Below are positions 47,207 through 57,149 of a stretch of DNA of 64,000 nt, piece by piece. Position 1 is the first letter of the stretch. Every line of letters begins with the position of its first letter. Source of the stretch: an uncultured Planctomycetales bacterium (GTDB lineage: Bacteria > Omnitrophota > Gorgyraeia > Gygaellales > Profunditerraquicolaceae). The DNA is taken from positions 69,878 through 133,877 of the forward strand of contig CAZJFL010000001.1 in the NCBI GenBank assembly GCA_964545575.1, given 5' to 3'. Both the position numbers and the translations under genes were made by a program. The notes under the pieces were generated by a model. The model had not been told where the DNA came from and did no database searches. It saw only the letters and a program-made list of their open reading frames with translations.

Positions 47207-48442
47207 CTACCTTAGCTGAGCGAACATCTTCTGCATCACCAAGCTTGCTGCGCCCAAGGCTACCGCGTTCTCTCTCAACTGGGAATAAACTATTTTTAGT
47301 TCTTCCGTAGTCTCCCGGAAAGCCCACTCCCTGACCGTAGAGCTTACCTTATTTAAAAATCCTTCTCCTGCTTCCTCTATACCTCCGCCGATAACCACTA
47401 CCTGCGGGTTAAGCAGATTCACCAGGGAAGCAATCTTAATCCCTAATTTTTTAGCAGCGCGCTCGAGCGCGCTAAGAGCAACCGGATCCTTGGCGCGCGC
47501 GGCAATGAAAACGCTCTTTAAATCTAAATTATTAATACTGGCTGCGGTAAGTTTCAAAAAACTTGCTGCGCTATCTTTATCACCGGCTAACACCGCTTTC
47601 ACGTCGCTGGTAATCCCCAAATCCGTCTCCCAGCGCTTAAGAAAACAACCGTTACCCGCATCGCAACTAAATTGGTCCTGTTCCTTATAATTATAAATAG
47701 CGACTTCTCCGGCATAACCGTTTGCGCCGGTATAGACCTCCCCGTTAATCATGATGCCGCAGCCGACGCCGGAGAACATATAGATTACGTTTTTAATCCC
47801 GCGCTCAAGGTCCAGCCAGTGTTCGCCAAAACAGGCGCAGGTGGCGTCATTGTCCACCATCGTCGGTAAATTGAACTCTTTTTCGATCAGCCCCTTAAGC
47901 GGCAAATCTACGGAGGCGTAAGTATAATAGTGGTCCATCTTCTGCGGCCAGTGCACCGAACCGTCTTTTTTATTTACCAGGCCGGCAATGCCTACGCCCA
48001 CACCTTTAATGTTTTCGGCGTAATCTTTGGAGCGGCGCAGGATTTCGCGGATAATTTCCAGCAGGCATTCGGTGATTTCCTTGACTGAGGCCTGGGGGCG
48101 GGCGATCTGGGTCTTGGTGATGATGTTGCCTTTTAAGTCCACTAAAAGGCCGACCATATTCGTCAGGTTTAAACCTACTCCGATGATATAGCCGCCTTTT
48201 GAATTAATGTCCAGTAACAGCGGCCTCCTGCCGCCTTCCGAGATATCAAATTCTTTCTCATAGACCAGATTATTTTTTATAAAATCATCGATGTAATTAG
48301 AGATGGTCACCACATTGATTCCCATTTCTTTGGCGATATCCGGCCGGCTGATCGGGCCATCTCTCCTTAAGATCCCTAAAATCTCAACGCTGCGCTTTTC
48401 TTTGTCCGAGAGTTCCTCTTTTTTAAAATTAACCTGCCACAT
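47207..48442 (-). CDS. ROK-family transcriptional repressor
   Basis: wHTH ISRPDIAKEMGINVVTIS, GGRRP, DNDA, GxGCG, AGEV, LLNPQVVVIGG. Confidence 0.92.
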   Translation of the reverse strand: MWQVNFKKEELSDKEKRSVEILGILRRDGPISRPDIAKEMGINVVTISNYIDDFIKNNLVYEKEFDISEGGRRPLLLDINSKGGYIIGVGLNLTNMVGLLVDLKGNIITKTQIARPQASVKEITECLLEIIREILRRSKDYAENIKGVGVGIAGLVNKKDGSVHWPQKMDHYYTYASVDLPLKGLIEKEFNLPTMVDNDATCACFGEHWLDLERGIKNVIYMFSGVGCGIMINGEVYTGANGYAGEVAIYNYKEQDQFSCDAGNGCFLKRWETDLGITSDVKAVLAGDKDSAASFLKLTAASINNLDLKSVFIAARAKDPVALSALERAAKKLGIKIASLVNLLNPQVVVIGGGIEEAGEGFLNKVSSTVREWAFRETTEELKIVYSQLRENAVALGAASLVMQKMFAQLR

Positions 48443-48502
48443 ACGCGTTATCTGGGTTTCTCCGCGGCTTAAAGATTAAAAAAAGACTTTATTTAACTTT
48501 TA

Positions 48503-48531
48503 TTTATACTACTAACTATTGCTTAAGTCAA
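48503..48531 (-). promoter_or_regulatory. Putative promoter of the ROK/coiled-coil/LacI unit
   Basis: TTGACT-N17-TATAAA. Confidence 0.55.
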
Positions 48532-48552
48532 GCATTTTTAATGCTTTGTGCT

Positions 48553-49803
48553 TTAAGATTCGGGTGTAACCGCCTTTATCTTGGTTTCTTTGCGCTCGGG
48601 GTTCTTCCAGAAGTCCCTGACCGTATAATAAGCTTTTCTAGGCAGCCGCTTATTCAAACCGTCAACTAAATCTGGCGATAAAGCCACGATGCCAAACCAC
48701 TCTTCGTTCATATTCATATTTCCGGGCACCTGAATATCAAAATAATAACTGCCGTTGGACCAGTTGGACTCGGTATCATGCGCCTTCCAGGACTCGGCGT
48801 CATTTTCGTTATGTTTCCACCATTCGTCTGTCCATTCGAACATCACGCCCCCTAAGCAATTACCCGCGCCTGCCTTGCTCTCGGCTAGATTATTATAAAT
48901 CTGCCTCCACTGCGATTCCAGAAAAAAAGCCTGCATATCCTGGTTTTCTTTTTTTAAGTATGCGTCGTATGCATCCGCGCCGAGCTCAGCAATCAGGAGG
49001 GGCTTATTAAAGGTGGCCTTTAAAGAATTGAAAAGGTTGCCGAAGGTTTTGCCGCGGTAGATAATGCAGCTGACTAAATCCACGTCGGGGGCAAACTGAT
49101 TAGCCACGTCCAAAGCAATAAGCTCTCCGCTACCTAAGCCTACCGGATGATCGGGGTCTATTTTATGTATCTGGCGGGCTAATTCATTCACAAAAGAATA
49201 ATAGGTTTTAGCCCGCAGGAACCTTTGCTTGGCAGGGTCGGGCTCTTTATCTATCTCCTCGGATGACCAGGGGTTGACCCGCCCGGAAAAGGAATAATTA
49301 TTTTCGTTGCCTAAAGACCACAATAAAACCCCGGGTTCATCTTTATAGAGATTGACCATTTCTAAAACTTCCTTTTTTATTTTCTCCTGAAAGCATTTAT
49401 CGCCGTAAAGCGGGCAGGGATACTCCCAGAACCCCAGCCAGTGGCCGATAATGGTGCGGATGCCGAACTTTTGGTATAAATCCCTGATCACCAATTTTAC
49501 TTTTTTGGGATTATCGGATACCTGATAAAGCCGGATAGTATTGATTCCCATCTCCTGCATTAGTTTTCCGTCTACAAGCCAGGGCTTATGGGGGTCAGAC
49601 CACCAGTCATAGGCATAATTGCTGCCGATGGGGATAGGATTATAACAGACGCCTTTTACAATATAAGGCTTACCGTCTACGATTAACTGGTAACGGCTGT
49701 TTTGGATTGCCTTGATGTAGACTTTGGGCTGGGGCTTAGGAAAGGCTTCGCCCAAAATAAAACAAGAAAAGATAAGCGTTGCGATAAAAAGCTTCTTGCT
49801 CAT
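48553..49803 (-). CDS. Secreted clan GH-A (GH2-like) TIM-barrel glycoside hydrolase
   Basis: MGINTIRLY, LGNENNY (acid/base), AELG (nucleophile), FEWTDEWWK, EEWFG; start MSKKLF. Confidence 0.8.
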   Translation of the reverse strand: MSKKLFIATLIFSCFILGEAFPKPQPKVYIKAIQNSRYQLIVDGKPYIVKGVCYNPIPIGSNYAYDWWSDPHKPWLVDGKLMQEMGINTIRLYQVSDNPKKVKLVIRDLYQKFGIRTIIGHWLGFWEYPCPLYGDKCFQEKIKKEVLEMVNLYKDEPGVLLWSLGNENNYSFSGRVNPWSSEEIDKEPDPAKQRFLRAKTYYSFVNELARQIHKIDPDHPVGLGSGELIALDVANQFAPDVDLVSCIIYRGKTFGNLFNSLKATFNKPLLIAELGADAYDAYLKKENQDMQAFFLESQWRQIYNNLAESKAGAGNCLGGVMFEWTDEWWKHNENDAESWKAHDTESNWSNGSYYFDIQVPGNMNMNEEWFGIVALSPDLVDGLNKRLPRKAYYTVRDFWKNPERKETKIKAVTPES

Positions 49804-49809
49804 TTTAAA

Positions 49810-49887
49810 GAGGGACAGGTCCCAACCCAAAGCAAGAAGTGTCCCTTGCAGGGGACACTTCTTTGATCAGGTCAAGAACTGTCCCTA
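49810..49887. repeat. Second cluster of GGGACA / TGTCCC REP-like arms
   Basis: agggacag, agaagtgtccc, ggggacacttct, agaactgtccct. Confidence 0.75.
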
Positions 49888-49891
49888 GATT

Positions 49892-51052
49892 TTATTCGAA
49901 CTTAATTTCGTCCAGATAGAAGGTTGCGCCTTCCGGATTCACGTCGATGTTGGTCGCCCAGCAGAAACCGCCGATGATAAAAGACATATCTTTGCCCATC
50001 AGGTCAATGGTATACTGGGTCCAATCCTTATTCAGGATGACCGGGCCGATACCCGCGGTATCGGAATCGGAAAACTCACCCATAATCCCGCCTACCCTAA
50101 ACTCCTCTATCCTTTCGCCGCCTTTTTCTCCCCGCGCCCAAAAGGTGAGCTTGGTGGCTTTGGATAAATCATAACCGGCATCAACCATGCCCCAGTTATT
50201 CGGCGGATTCTGCCATTGTACGCCTGCCCAGCGCGCACCCTGAGAAGCTTTACCGGTGTAAACCATCTTAATACAGGTATCCCCTAAATAAGGGTCTTGT
50301 TTACATGCGCCGTCATATTTTATGTCGCCGTAATCGCCCATCCATCCGGAGGGGATGAAATGATTGCTGACTGAGCTTCTGTCGGCATAAATATAAAAGG
50401 GTACGTTCTCTTTCTTCTTTCCCTCCGGCTTCATATTAGGGTCGGCCTCGTACTTAATGTCATCGATGTAAAAAGTTACTCCGTCAGGATTCAAATCCGC
50501 GGTAGTCGCCCAACCGAACCCGCCGCTGATATAGGATAAATCTTTCCCGGCTAGATTTACGGTGTATTCCTTCCAGGTATCGGTTAATTCTACCGGGCCC
50601 ATCTCGATGGCCGCCGAATCCGGATACGCGCCTTTGATCCCGCCGATGACGAACTTCTGAATCACCTCGCCGCCTTTTTCTCCCCGCGCCCAAAAGGTGA
50701 GCTTTGTCATACCGGAAAGATCAAATCCGCCTTTTTTAGAACCCCAGTTATTCGGCGGGTTCTGCCATTGTACGCCTGCCCAGCCTTCGCCTCTTCCTGT
50801 TTTCTTAGCCGAATAAACAAATTGAATGGAACTGGAACCTGTATGAGGATTACTAAGAGACTGGTCATTTATCTTAATATCTCCGTAATCACCCATCCAT
50901 CCCGAAGGAGCATAGTGATTTTCCCTTGCGCCCTTGTCTTTGTAGACGATGAATTCCTTCGAGCTTTCCGCAACGGGCTTGGCTTCTTCTGCCCCTGCGC
51001 AAACAGGCAGAAATAACATCGCTACTGCCATTACTGCTAATAATTTCTTCAT
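49892..51052 (-). CDS. Secreted protein with two tandem carbohydrate-binding-like domains
   Basis: Signal peptide MKKLLAV; duplicated PSGWMGDYGD / WAGVQWQNPPNNWG / KLTFWARGEKGGE. Confidence 0.8.
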   Translation of the reverse strand: MKKLLAVMAVAMLFLPVCAGAEEAKPVAESSKEFIVYKDKGARENHYAPSGWMGDYGDIKINDQSLSNPHTGSSSIQFVYSAKKTGRGEGWAGVQWQNPPNNWGSKKGGFDLSGMTKLTFWARGEKGGEVIQKFVIGGIKGAYPDSAAIEMGPVELTDTWKEYTVNLAGKDLSYISGGFGWATTADLNPDGVTFYIDDIKYEADPNMKPEGKKKENVPFYIYADRSSVSNHFIPSGWMGDYGDIKYDGACKQDPYLGDTCIKMVYTGKASQGARWAGVQWQNPPNNWGMVDAGYDLSKATKLTFWARGEKGGERIEEFRVGGIMGEFSDSDTAGIGPVILNKDWTQYTIDLMGKDMSFIIGGFCWATNIDVNPEGATFYLDEIKFE

Positions 51053-51156
51053 CTCTAACACCTCCCCTTTCGTTTGCTTATCACTTATCGCACTATATGC
51101 CATATGCAGATTTCCTATTTTTATTTTGTATTTTTGATGCGCCTCCTTTCCCCTCC

Positions 51157-53442
51157 CTATTGACTCCATAATTTCTTATAGGTGTAATATGATTTACGTA
51201 GCTGCCTTAAATACGGACTCAACTTTCCGTCTCCCTGCCCGGCAATCCCGAGCCACTCCTCATGCATATAACCGTCGGGGAACGGGCCGGTGAATAAACC
51301 TTTGGTGTCGTGCCGGGAAGGCTCATAGGCCTTCCACCACTCATCCAGCCATTCAAAGATCACCCCGCCGATAGAATTGCCTTCGCCGCTGCCAAAGGCA
51401 GTATTGCTTTCTATATCCTCCCAGGCTCCGCTGTGGTAGGCTGCCTGAAGAACTTCCGCCTCATCAGGAGTCTTACCTTGCGCATAGGAGGGGCAGCCAA
51501 ACTCGGTGATGAACACTGGCTTATCCGCCTCCTGTTTTACCTGCCGCCACAAGAAACCGAAACCGTAATCACCGCGGTAAGCATTGGTGCCGAAAATATC
51601 AATGTCGGGCGCATCTTTGCCGAACTTATCCAGAAATAAAGTATCACCGCTACAGATAGCCACGGGGTGACCGGGGTCTATTGCCTTAATCTGCCTAGCC
51701 ACTTCATTGGCAAACTTAAAAAACGCGTCCGGATCGGTATTGGCATTACAGGCAAAACCGTAAACATTTTCATTACCCAGCAGCCAGAAAAGGATATACG
51801 GCTCGTCCTTAAACTCTAAAACCATATTGATCACCGATTCCATCATCTTCTTTTTCTGCTCTTCGTTGGTGTAATCCGTGCCCGGGTACCATTTAGCGCC
51901 GGAGCCGATAGCATATTTGCCCAGGAAATCCCCCATAATCACCCTTATGCCGTAAGTCTTATATAAATCGCGCAGCAACTCTTTGTTTGGCCAGTTATAA
52001 TCGGGGCGATGGTACATCCGTATAGTATTGACACCCATCTCTTTCATTAATGCAAAATCCCCTACTGCCGGCTCATCCGGATCTTGAAGGTTATTTTTAT
52101 TTTTATCTACGAACGAATCATAAGGCGCATCGATTTTGCCGTTTTTATTATCATCCTCAAGCTGCCAATTTTTCATTGTCCCTTCGTCGGGAGATTGGCC
52201 CACTTTCGTCGGGGAATAAGTAATGCCTTTAATAATATAGGGCTTGCCATCCGCTATCAGCTGCCAGTCGCCGGTTTCATACTGCACCAAATGCACTTTC
52301 CCCGTGCCTAAATATTTATTTACGCTTAATTCCGCCGGCGAGGATTTGGATTTCAAGTTTTCCAAGAGGCCGGACTTTTGGAACCTTCCGGGGTTAGTTA
52401 CGGCGGTATCGTTGGAGACGTTATTATCGTAGCCGTTAATAATTTTAATATCCGCATCTACTAATTTATATCCTAAATTAGGGTTGCGGCGCAGGAGAAA
52501 GTTGATCTTGGCGATCGCTGCCTGTCCGATATACCAGGGCGTATGCCAGTAAGTCCAGCTGTAGGCGCCGGGAAAATGCACCACAATAGCATAATAGCAT
52601 TTGATGGCATGTTTAATCAGCCCGGACTTTTCCAGAATCAGGCCGGTATAAAATAATTTTACTCCCTGCGGCTCGGGGGCAATGGCCCATTTTAAAAATG
52701 CCGCCTCCAAATCCGGGGAATGCAGGAAATCCCAAAGGCTCCCCTCCAGCCTTTTCGCCTCTTTGGCTTTTTTGAATTCCGGGTCCCATCTAATGGAGGT
52801 GCTATTAGGATAGACGCCTTCGCCGACTGCCGCGCTTAAACCCTCCTGATCGCTGACTACATAGCGGTAATCCTTGGTGCCGATATTCTTAAACTCGCCG
52901 TATTGCTCGTAATCTACGAAATCTTCTTTACCCGGATCGTAAAGGACTATTCTTGTCGGTAGCTGGCTGATCTTTGCCTTTTTTTCTATCTCAATGGAGC
53001 CGGTCTCTATTTTTTTCACGCTCTGCTTTGCGGTTTCGGCAAGCTGCCAGTACCAGCCGCGCTGGTCCCAGGCCTGGGCGTAATAATATTTTTCGATTAT
53101 CAATTTAAAGATCTTCTTCGCTTCCTCCGGTTTTTCCTGGCGCATATAGCTTTCGGCCTGGATAAAATATGCGGTAGCTACGTTATTTAAGTCCTGGACA
53201 TTCTCGATCGCTTCCTTATTCTTGGGAAGTTCTTTTAAAGAAGCCTGTTCTTTGTCCGCCTCATTCTTGTATAAATCAATGCACGCTTTAGTATATTTAA
53301 AAACCGCCTCAATGTCGCGCCTGCCGTGCGCCTCCCAGGCCTTGACGATCAAATCGCCGGAGGAAGGCTTATCCTGGCATATCGCATATCGCATATCGCA
53401 TATCGCAAAAAATAATGCTAAAATAATCAAGGTGCGTTTCAT
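51157..53442 (-). CDS. Secreted TPR-like plus clan GH-A TIM-barrel protein
   Basis: Helical N-terminus, DxNxNG Ca-loops, MGVNTIRMY, LGNEN, TEFG, FEWLDEWWK. Confidence 0.8.
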   Translation of the reverse strand: MKRTLIILALFFAICDMRYAICQDKPSSGDLIVKAWEAHGRRDIEAVFKYTKACIDLYKNEADKEQASLKELPKNKEAIENVQDLNNVATAYFIQAESYMRQEKPEEAKKIFKLIIEKYYYAQAWDQRGWYWQLAETAKQSVKKIETGSIEIEKKAKISQLPTRIVLYDPGKEDFVDYEQYGEFKNIGTKDYRYVVSDQEGLSAAVGEGVYPNSTSIRWDPEFKKAKEAKRLEGSLWDFLHSPDLEAAFLKWAIAPEPQGVKLFYTGLILEKSGLIKHAIKCYYAIVVHFPGAYSWTYWHTPWYIGQAAIAKINFLLRRNPNLGYKLVDADIKIINGYDNNVSNDTAVTNPGRFQKSGLLENLKSKSSPAELSVNKYLGTGKVHLVQYETGDWQLIADGKPYIIKGITYSPTKVGQSPDEGTMKNWQLEDDNKNGKIDAPYDSFVDKNKNNLQDPDEPAVGDFALMKEMGVNTIRMYHRPDYNWPNKELLRDLYKTYGIRVIMGDFLGKYAIGSGAKWYPGTDYTNEEQKKKMMESVINMVLEFKDEPYILFWLLGNENVYGFACNANTDPDAFFKFANEVARQIKAIDPGHPVAICSGDTLFLDKFGKDAPDIDIFGTNAYRGDYGFGFLWRQVKQEADKPVFITEFGCPSYAQGKTPDEAEVLQAAYHSGAWEDIESNTAFGSGEGNSIGGVIFEWLDEWWKAYEPSRHDTKGLFTGPFPDGYMHEEWLGIAGQGDGKLSPYLRQLRKSYYTYKKLWSQ
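53377..53407. repeat. Heptamer array (GCATATC)x4.4 in a signal-peptide coding region
   Basis: Encodes AICDMRYAIC. Confidence 0.9.
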
Positions 53443-53789
53443 TTTAAACCCTTCTTAAATGCCCTTATTTTCCTTATGATTTTCTCTGCCTCTTCATACA
53501 ATTCTTTTTGTTTTAACTCGGTAATATATTTCCTTAACAGGGCAAAATATAGAATATTTACTGTTTCTAAAGCCGACTTTATGCTTGTATCAAGGAAACA
53601 GCTAAAATCTCTAGTAGTACTTGCTCCTGAACCCTCAGCAATATTATTCGAAATAGAAACTGCTGCTCTTCTTAATTGAGAACATAATCCATACATTTCT
53701 TTTTGTGGAAAAGAATCGGCTATCTCGTATAATTTACTTGCGTATTCCAAAGACAATTTCCAAATCTCTAAACTTTCAAATCTAAACAT
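53439..53789 (-). CDS. Four-helix-bundle protein (23S rRNA IVS-protein family)
   Basis: FESLEIW, FPQKEMYGLCSQLRRAAVSISNNIAEG, FLDTSIKSALE. Confidence 0.93.
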   Translation of the reverse strand: MFRFESLEIWKLSLEYASKLYEIADSFPQKEMYGLCSQLRRAAVSISNNIAEGSGASTTRDFSCFLDTSIKSALETVNILYFALLRKYITELKQKELYEEAEKIIRKIRAFKKGLK

Positions 53790-53794
53790 TCGAA

Positions 53795-53905
53795 TTACGA
53801 TAAGCGATTAGCGATAAGCGATAAGCCCTTTTCGCATATCGCATATGGCATATCGCATGTCGTCTTTAAGATTTTACGATAAGCGATTAGCGATAAGCGA
53901 TAAGC
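53795..53905. repeat. A-B-A heptamer block
   Basis: Identical 32-mers (GATAAGC units) at 53795-53826 and 53874-53905 around an inverted GCATATC array at 53832-53862. Confidence 0.92.
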
Positions 53906-53910
53906 TAATA

Positions 53911-54759
53911 TCATCCTGCTATCGCTCCGGCTGTTACTCCCTTGACAATATACTTCTGCATCAAAAGATAAATTATAATTATCGGCAACGCAGTTATGGT
54001 TAAGCCGGCCATCAAAAGCGGGTAATTAGTGACGAACTCGCCCTGGAAAGACTTAAGAGCGACCTGAAGGGGCATGAGCTTACGCGAATCAAAGATAATC
54101 AAAGCCAGGATATATTCGTTCCAGATATTGAGCGCGTTGAACACGACCACGACCGCCAAGACCGGTTTTGCCAGCGGCAGCGCAATGTGCCACCAGAGCC
54201 CGATCTTGGAGCAACCGTCAATACGGGCGGTATCCTCGAGTTCCTGGGGCATCTTATCAAAGAATGTCTTAAGGAGGTAGATACTAGTGGAAAGCCCGAC
54301 ACTAATCATGCATAGAATATAGCCGACCGGGGTATTGCGTAGATGCAACTTATTCAAAAGTACGTAAAGGGCGACAAAACTGCCAGGAATGGGGATCATC
54401 ATCGCCGCCATAAAAATATAAAAGAGAAGATTCCTACCGGGGAACTTAAGGCGCGAAAAAGCATAAGCCGCCAGAGACGAAACGATGACTATGCCCAAAA
54501 CCACCGTCACCGTATAGAAAATGCTGTTTAAGAAATACCTGCCAAAACCGCCTTCTTTCCAGGCTAAATAATAATTCTCAAAGTGGAACTCATGGGGGAA
54601 AACCGACATGTCTTTAAAAATAGTTTCCTGGGTTTTGAGGCTGGAGGAAACCATCCAGAATAAAGGAAATAGGCAGGTGATTGCCACGAGAATAAGAAAT
54701 AAATGGATGAGCATATTCAGGGTTACTCTTTTAGTTTTATAATAAATTACTGATTTCAT
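53911..54759 (-). CDS. Carbohydrate ABC permease (MalG-like)
   Basis: YFLNS, AAYAFSRLKFPGR, ELEDTARIDG. Confidence 0.95.
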   Translation of the reverse strand: MKSVIYYKTKRVTLNMLIHLFLILVAITCLFPLFWMVSSSLKTQETIFKDMSVFPHEFHFENYYLAWKEGGFGRYFLNSIFYTVTVVLGIVIVSSLAAYAFSRLKFPGRNLLFYIFMAAMMIPIPGSFVALYVLLNKLHLRNTPVGYILCMISVGLSTSIYLLKTFFDKMPQELEDTARIDGCSKIGLWWHIALPLAKPVLAVVVVFNALNIWNEYILALIIFDSRKLMPLQVALKSFQGEFVTNYPLLMAGLTITALPIIIIYLLMQKYIVKGVTAGAIAG

Positions 54760-54765
54760 CGCGCC

Positions 54766-55644
54766 TTAAGCCTGCCTTGCTTTTTTAGAAAAACGGTATT
54801 GAATAAAAGAAATTATAACCAGAATTGCGCCAAAGGTAATCCCCTGCGCGCAGGCATAACCGAAACGCGAAGAGCCGCGCATGGAAGCCAGAATCCTTAA
54901 TACCGGGACCTGGGTGTGGTATGCCGGGCCTCCGTCGGTCATGGCAATAATCAAAACAAAGGCCTGCATTGTGCCTAAAACCGTCAGTATCGCCACCAAT
55001 ACCGCCACCGGTATCATCAAAGGCGCGGTGATATTTTTAAAGGAATGCCAGGCATTTGCCCCATCCACGCGCGCGGCTTCATAAAGTTCGCGCGGTATAG
55101 TCTGCAGCCCGGCTAAAAATATCAGGAAACCCCAGCCAAAACCTTTCCAGGAGTGCACCAGTGCCACCGCCGTTAACGCGGTCTGCGGATCGGATAGCCA
55201 GTTTCTCGCCAGGTTTTGAAAACCGAAATGCGCCAGCCAGCTGTTTAAAATACCGTAATTGCCGTCTAAAATCCACTGCCAGACAAGGCCTACTACTACT
55301 TCCGACAAAACCGGGGGGATAAAAAATATCAGGCGGTAGAAATTTTTCATCCGGATTTCCCGGTCGCAGGCCCAAGCCAGCAAAAACGCCAAAGCATTCT
55401 GAAAAGTCAGGGCGATGAGCGTAATGTATCCGGCATTGAGCATCGAATGCCACCAGATTTTATCAAGGGTAAAGATCTCCTTGAAATTGTCAAAGCCGAC
55501 AAAGATCTTGGTCGGAAGGATGCCGTCCCAATCAAACATCCCGAGCCAAAACACCCATAAAAACGGAATGATATAGAAAATCGTAAAGATAGTTAACGCC
55601 GGTAATACGAACGCGTAATTTTCGAGCGTATCTTTGATCTTCAT
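54766..55644 (-). CDS. Carbohydrate ABC permease (MalF-like)
   Basis: FVGFDNF, LAGLQTIPRELYEAARVDGA. Confidence 0.95.
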   Translation of the reverse strand: MKIKDTLENYAFVLPALTIFTIFYIIPFLWVFWLGMFDWDGILPTKIFVGFDNFKEIFTLDKIWWHSMLNAGYITLIALTFQNALAFLLAWACDREIRMKNFYRLIFFIPPVLSEVVVGLVWQWILDGNYGILNSWLAHFGFQNLARNWLSDPQTALTAVALVHSWKGFGWGFLIFLAGLQTIPRELYEAARVDGANAWHSFKNITAPLMIPVAVLVAILTVLGTMQAFVLIIAMTDGGPAYHTQVPVLRILASMRGSSRFGYACAQGITFGAILVIISFIQYRFSKKARQA

Positions 55645-55649
55645 TCTAG

Positions 55650-57146
55650 CTATTCTTCTCTTCTTTCTCCTCTTCGCCTTTCTTCCTCTACGCGTATTTC
55701 TTCTTTTCTTCTTTCTTCTCTTCGCCGCTCTACCTGCGTACGAATTTCACATGCCTTAGCTTCTGAGATTTCAAAAGTCATAATAATGAAAATAGCGACT
55801 AAAGAGGTCACAATCGGAATTCCGATATCACATATCCTCATCCAGAATAAAGCGCTGATCGTCTGGTTGGCGCCTAATGCAACATTGAAGCCGGTTACAT
55901 TCAGGAGGATTCCGGAGATAAGCGATGAAATTGCTAATCCTAGTTTTACCATCCACCAGTAAATAGCGCCAAACATGCCTTCTCTGCGTGTGCCGGTTAG
56001 AAGTTCGTCAAAGTCACAAACATCGGCTACCATGGAACTTACCAATGTGAAGAGCGATCCCAGGCCAAACGCAATGAACGGAGCAGCAATCAGTAGTAAA
56101 TATGGATGATGAGGATTATAGCCTATCCATTTCAAAGCGTAACCGATGATTGAAATGGAAACGGTGATTAAAAAGGTGTTCCGCTTCCCAATCTTTGTGG
56201 AGAGCCATGTGGCTATGAAAATGACGCAGAAAGTACAAACGGCACTAAGCGAACCAAACCAACCAAGCAATGTGCCGCCTTTTGCGTAATCGCCGCCATA
56301 AACATAGAAGAAAATAACATAGGCCGTGAAAGCGGAAGCAAGCATAAATCCGTTGAAGATCAAGAATGTTGCTGCACAAAGTTTAACAAACGGGCGGCAT
56401 TTGAAAGCAATCGCAAAACCGCGGAAGAAGTCTTTCGTAATATTCCAAGGGCCCACTCCTCTTTGAGGTCTCGCTATATTACCGAAACGCTCTTTAATAA
56501 AAATTGCCGGAAGTATGCCGCCAAACACGATAAAGGCGCCGAGGACTATTGAGAGGATCCGCGCTCCATGGACAATATCTGTAAACATGCTCTTGTTGTC
56601 CATGATTTTGAAGAACCAGGGAGCGATCACCCAGGCAAATTGACCGATAAAATTGCTGGCCGCCTGCAGCCGTGTTCGCTCATGATAATCGGGTGTCATT
56701 TCATACCCTAGCGCGATCCAGGGGATGGAAAAAAGGGTAAATCCAAGAAAATAGAGGCTCTGGAACGCCGCGAAATACCAGAAATAGAAACTTTCACTAT
56801 GCCCCTTATATAGTTGGAACATCAATGCGTATAAAATTCCCCCGATAATCGCTCCAAAGAATATAATAGGCCTACGGCGCCCCCATCGGGTTCGGATATT
56901 ATCTGAAATGTAACCGGTAAGGGGATCTGATATGGCATCGATAATACGGGGAATGGCTCCTACCAGACCCACTAAAGCGGGATTCACGCCTAATCCGATG
57001 TTTAAAATAATGACCATCGCTCCAATAGCGGCGGCCTGAATGCTATTAACTAACCCCCCTATGCTGTATACGGCTTTTTGAAAAATAGGAATGCGGTCTT
57101 CGCGGGCTGTTACGTGGTGTTTTGGTTGGCTAACTGCTTGTTCCAC
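55650..57146 (-). CDS. GPH-family (MFS_2) glycoside:cation symporter
   Basis: DAISDPLTGYISD, TRWGRRRP, EMTPDYHERT, GTRREG. Confidence 0.9.
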   Translation of the reverse strand: MEQAVSQPKHHVTAREDRIPIFQKAVYSIGGLVNSIQAAAIGAMVIILNIGLGVNPALVGLVGAIPRIIDAISDPLTGYISDNIRTRWGRRRPIIFFGAIIGGILYALMFQLYKGHSESFYFWYFAAFQSLYFLGFTLFSIPWIALGYEMTPDYHERTRLQAASNFIGQFAWVIAPWFFKIMDNKSMFTDIVHGARILSIVLGAFIVFGGILPAIFIKERFGNIARPQRGVGPWNITKDFFRGFAIAFKCRPFVKLCAATFLIFNGFMLASAFTAYVIFFYVYGGDYAKGGTLLGWFGSLSAVCTFCVIFIATWLSTKIGKRNTFLITVSISIIGYALKWIGYNPHHPYLLLIAAPFIAFGLGSLFTLVSSMVADVCDFDELLTGTRREGMFGAIYWWMVKLGLAISSLISGILLNVTGFNVALGANQTISALFWMRICDIGIPIVTSLVAIFIIMTFEISEAKACEIRTQVERRREERRKEEIRVEEERRRGERREE

Positions 57147-57149
57147 TAA

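Noticed and set aside
53439-53905. Diversity-generating retroelement (Avd-like gene plus repeats)
   Set aside because: No reverse transcriptase and no TR/VR pair with adenine-specific mismatches in the window.
53795-53905. Mini CRISPR array (two identical 32-mers with a 47-bp spacer)
   Set aside because: The repeats are themselves heptamer tandems, the spacer is the inverted heptamer, and no cas genes are present.
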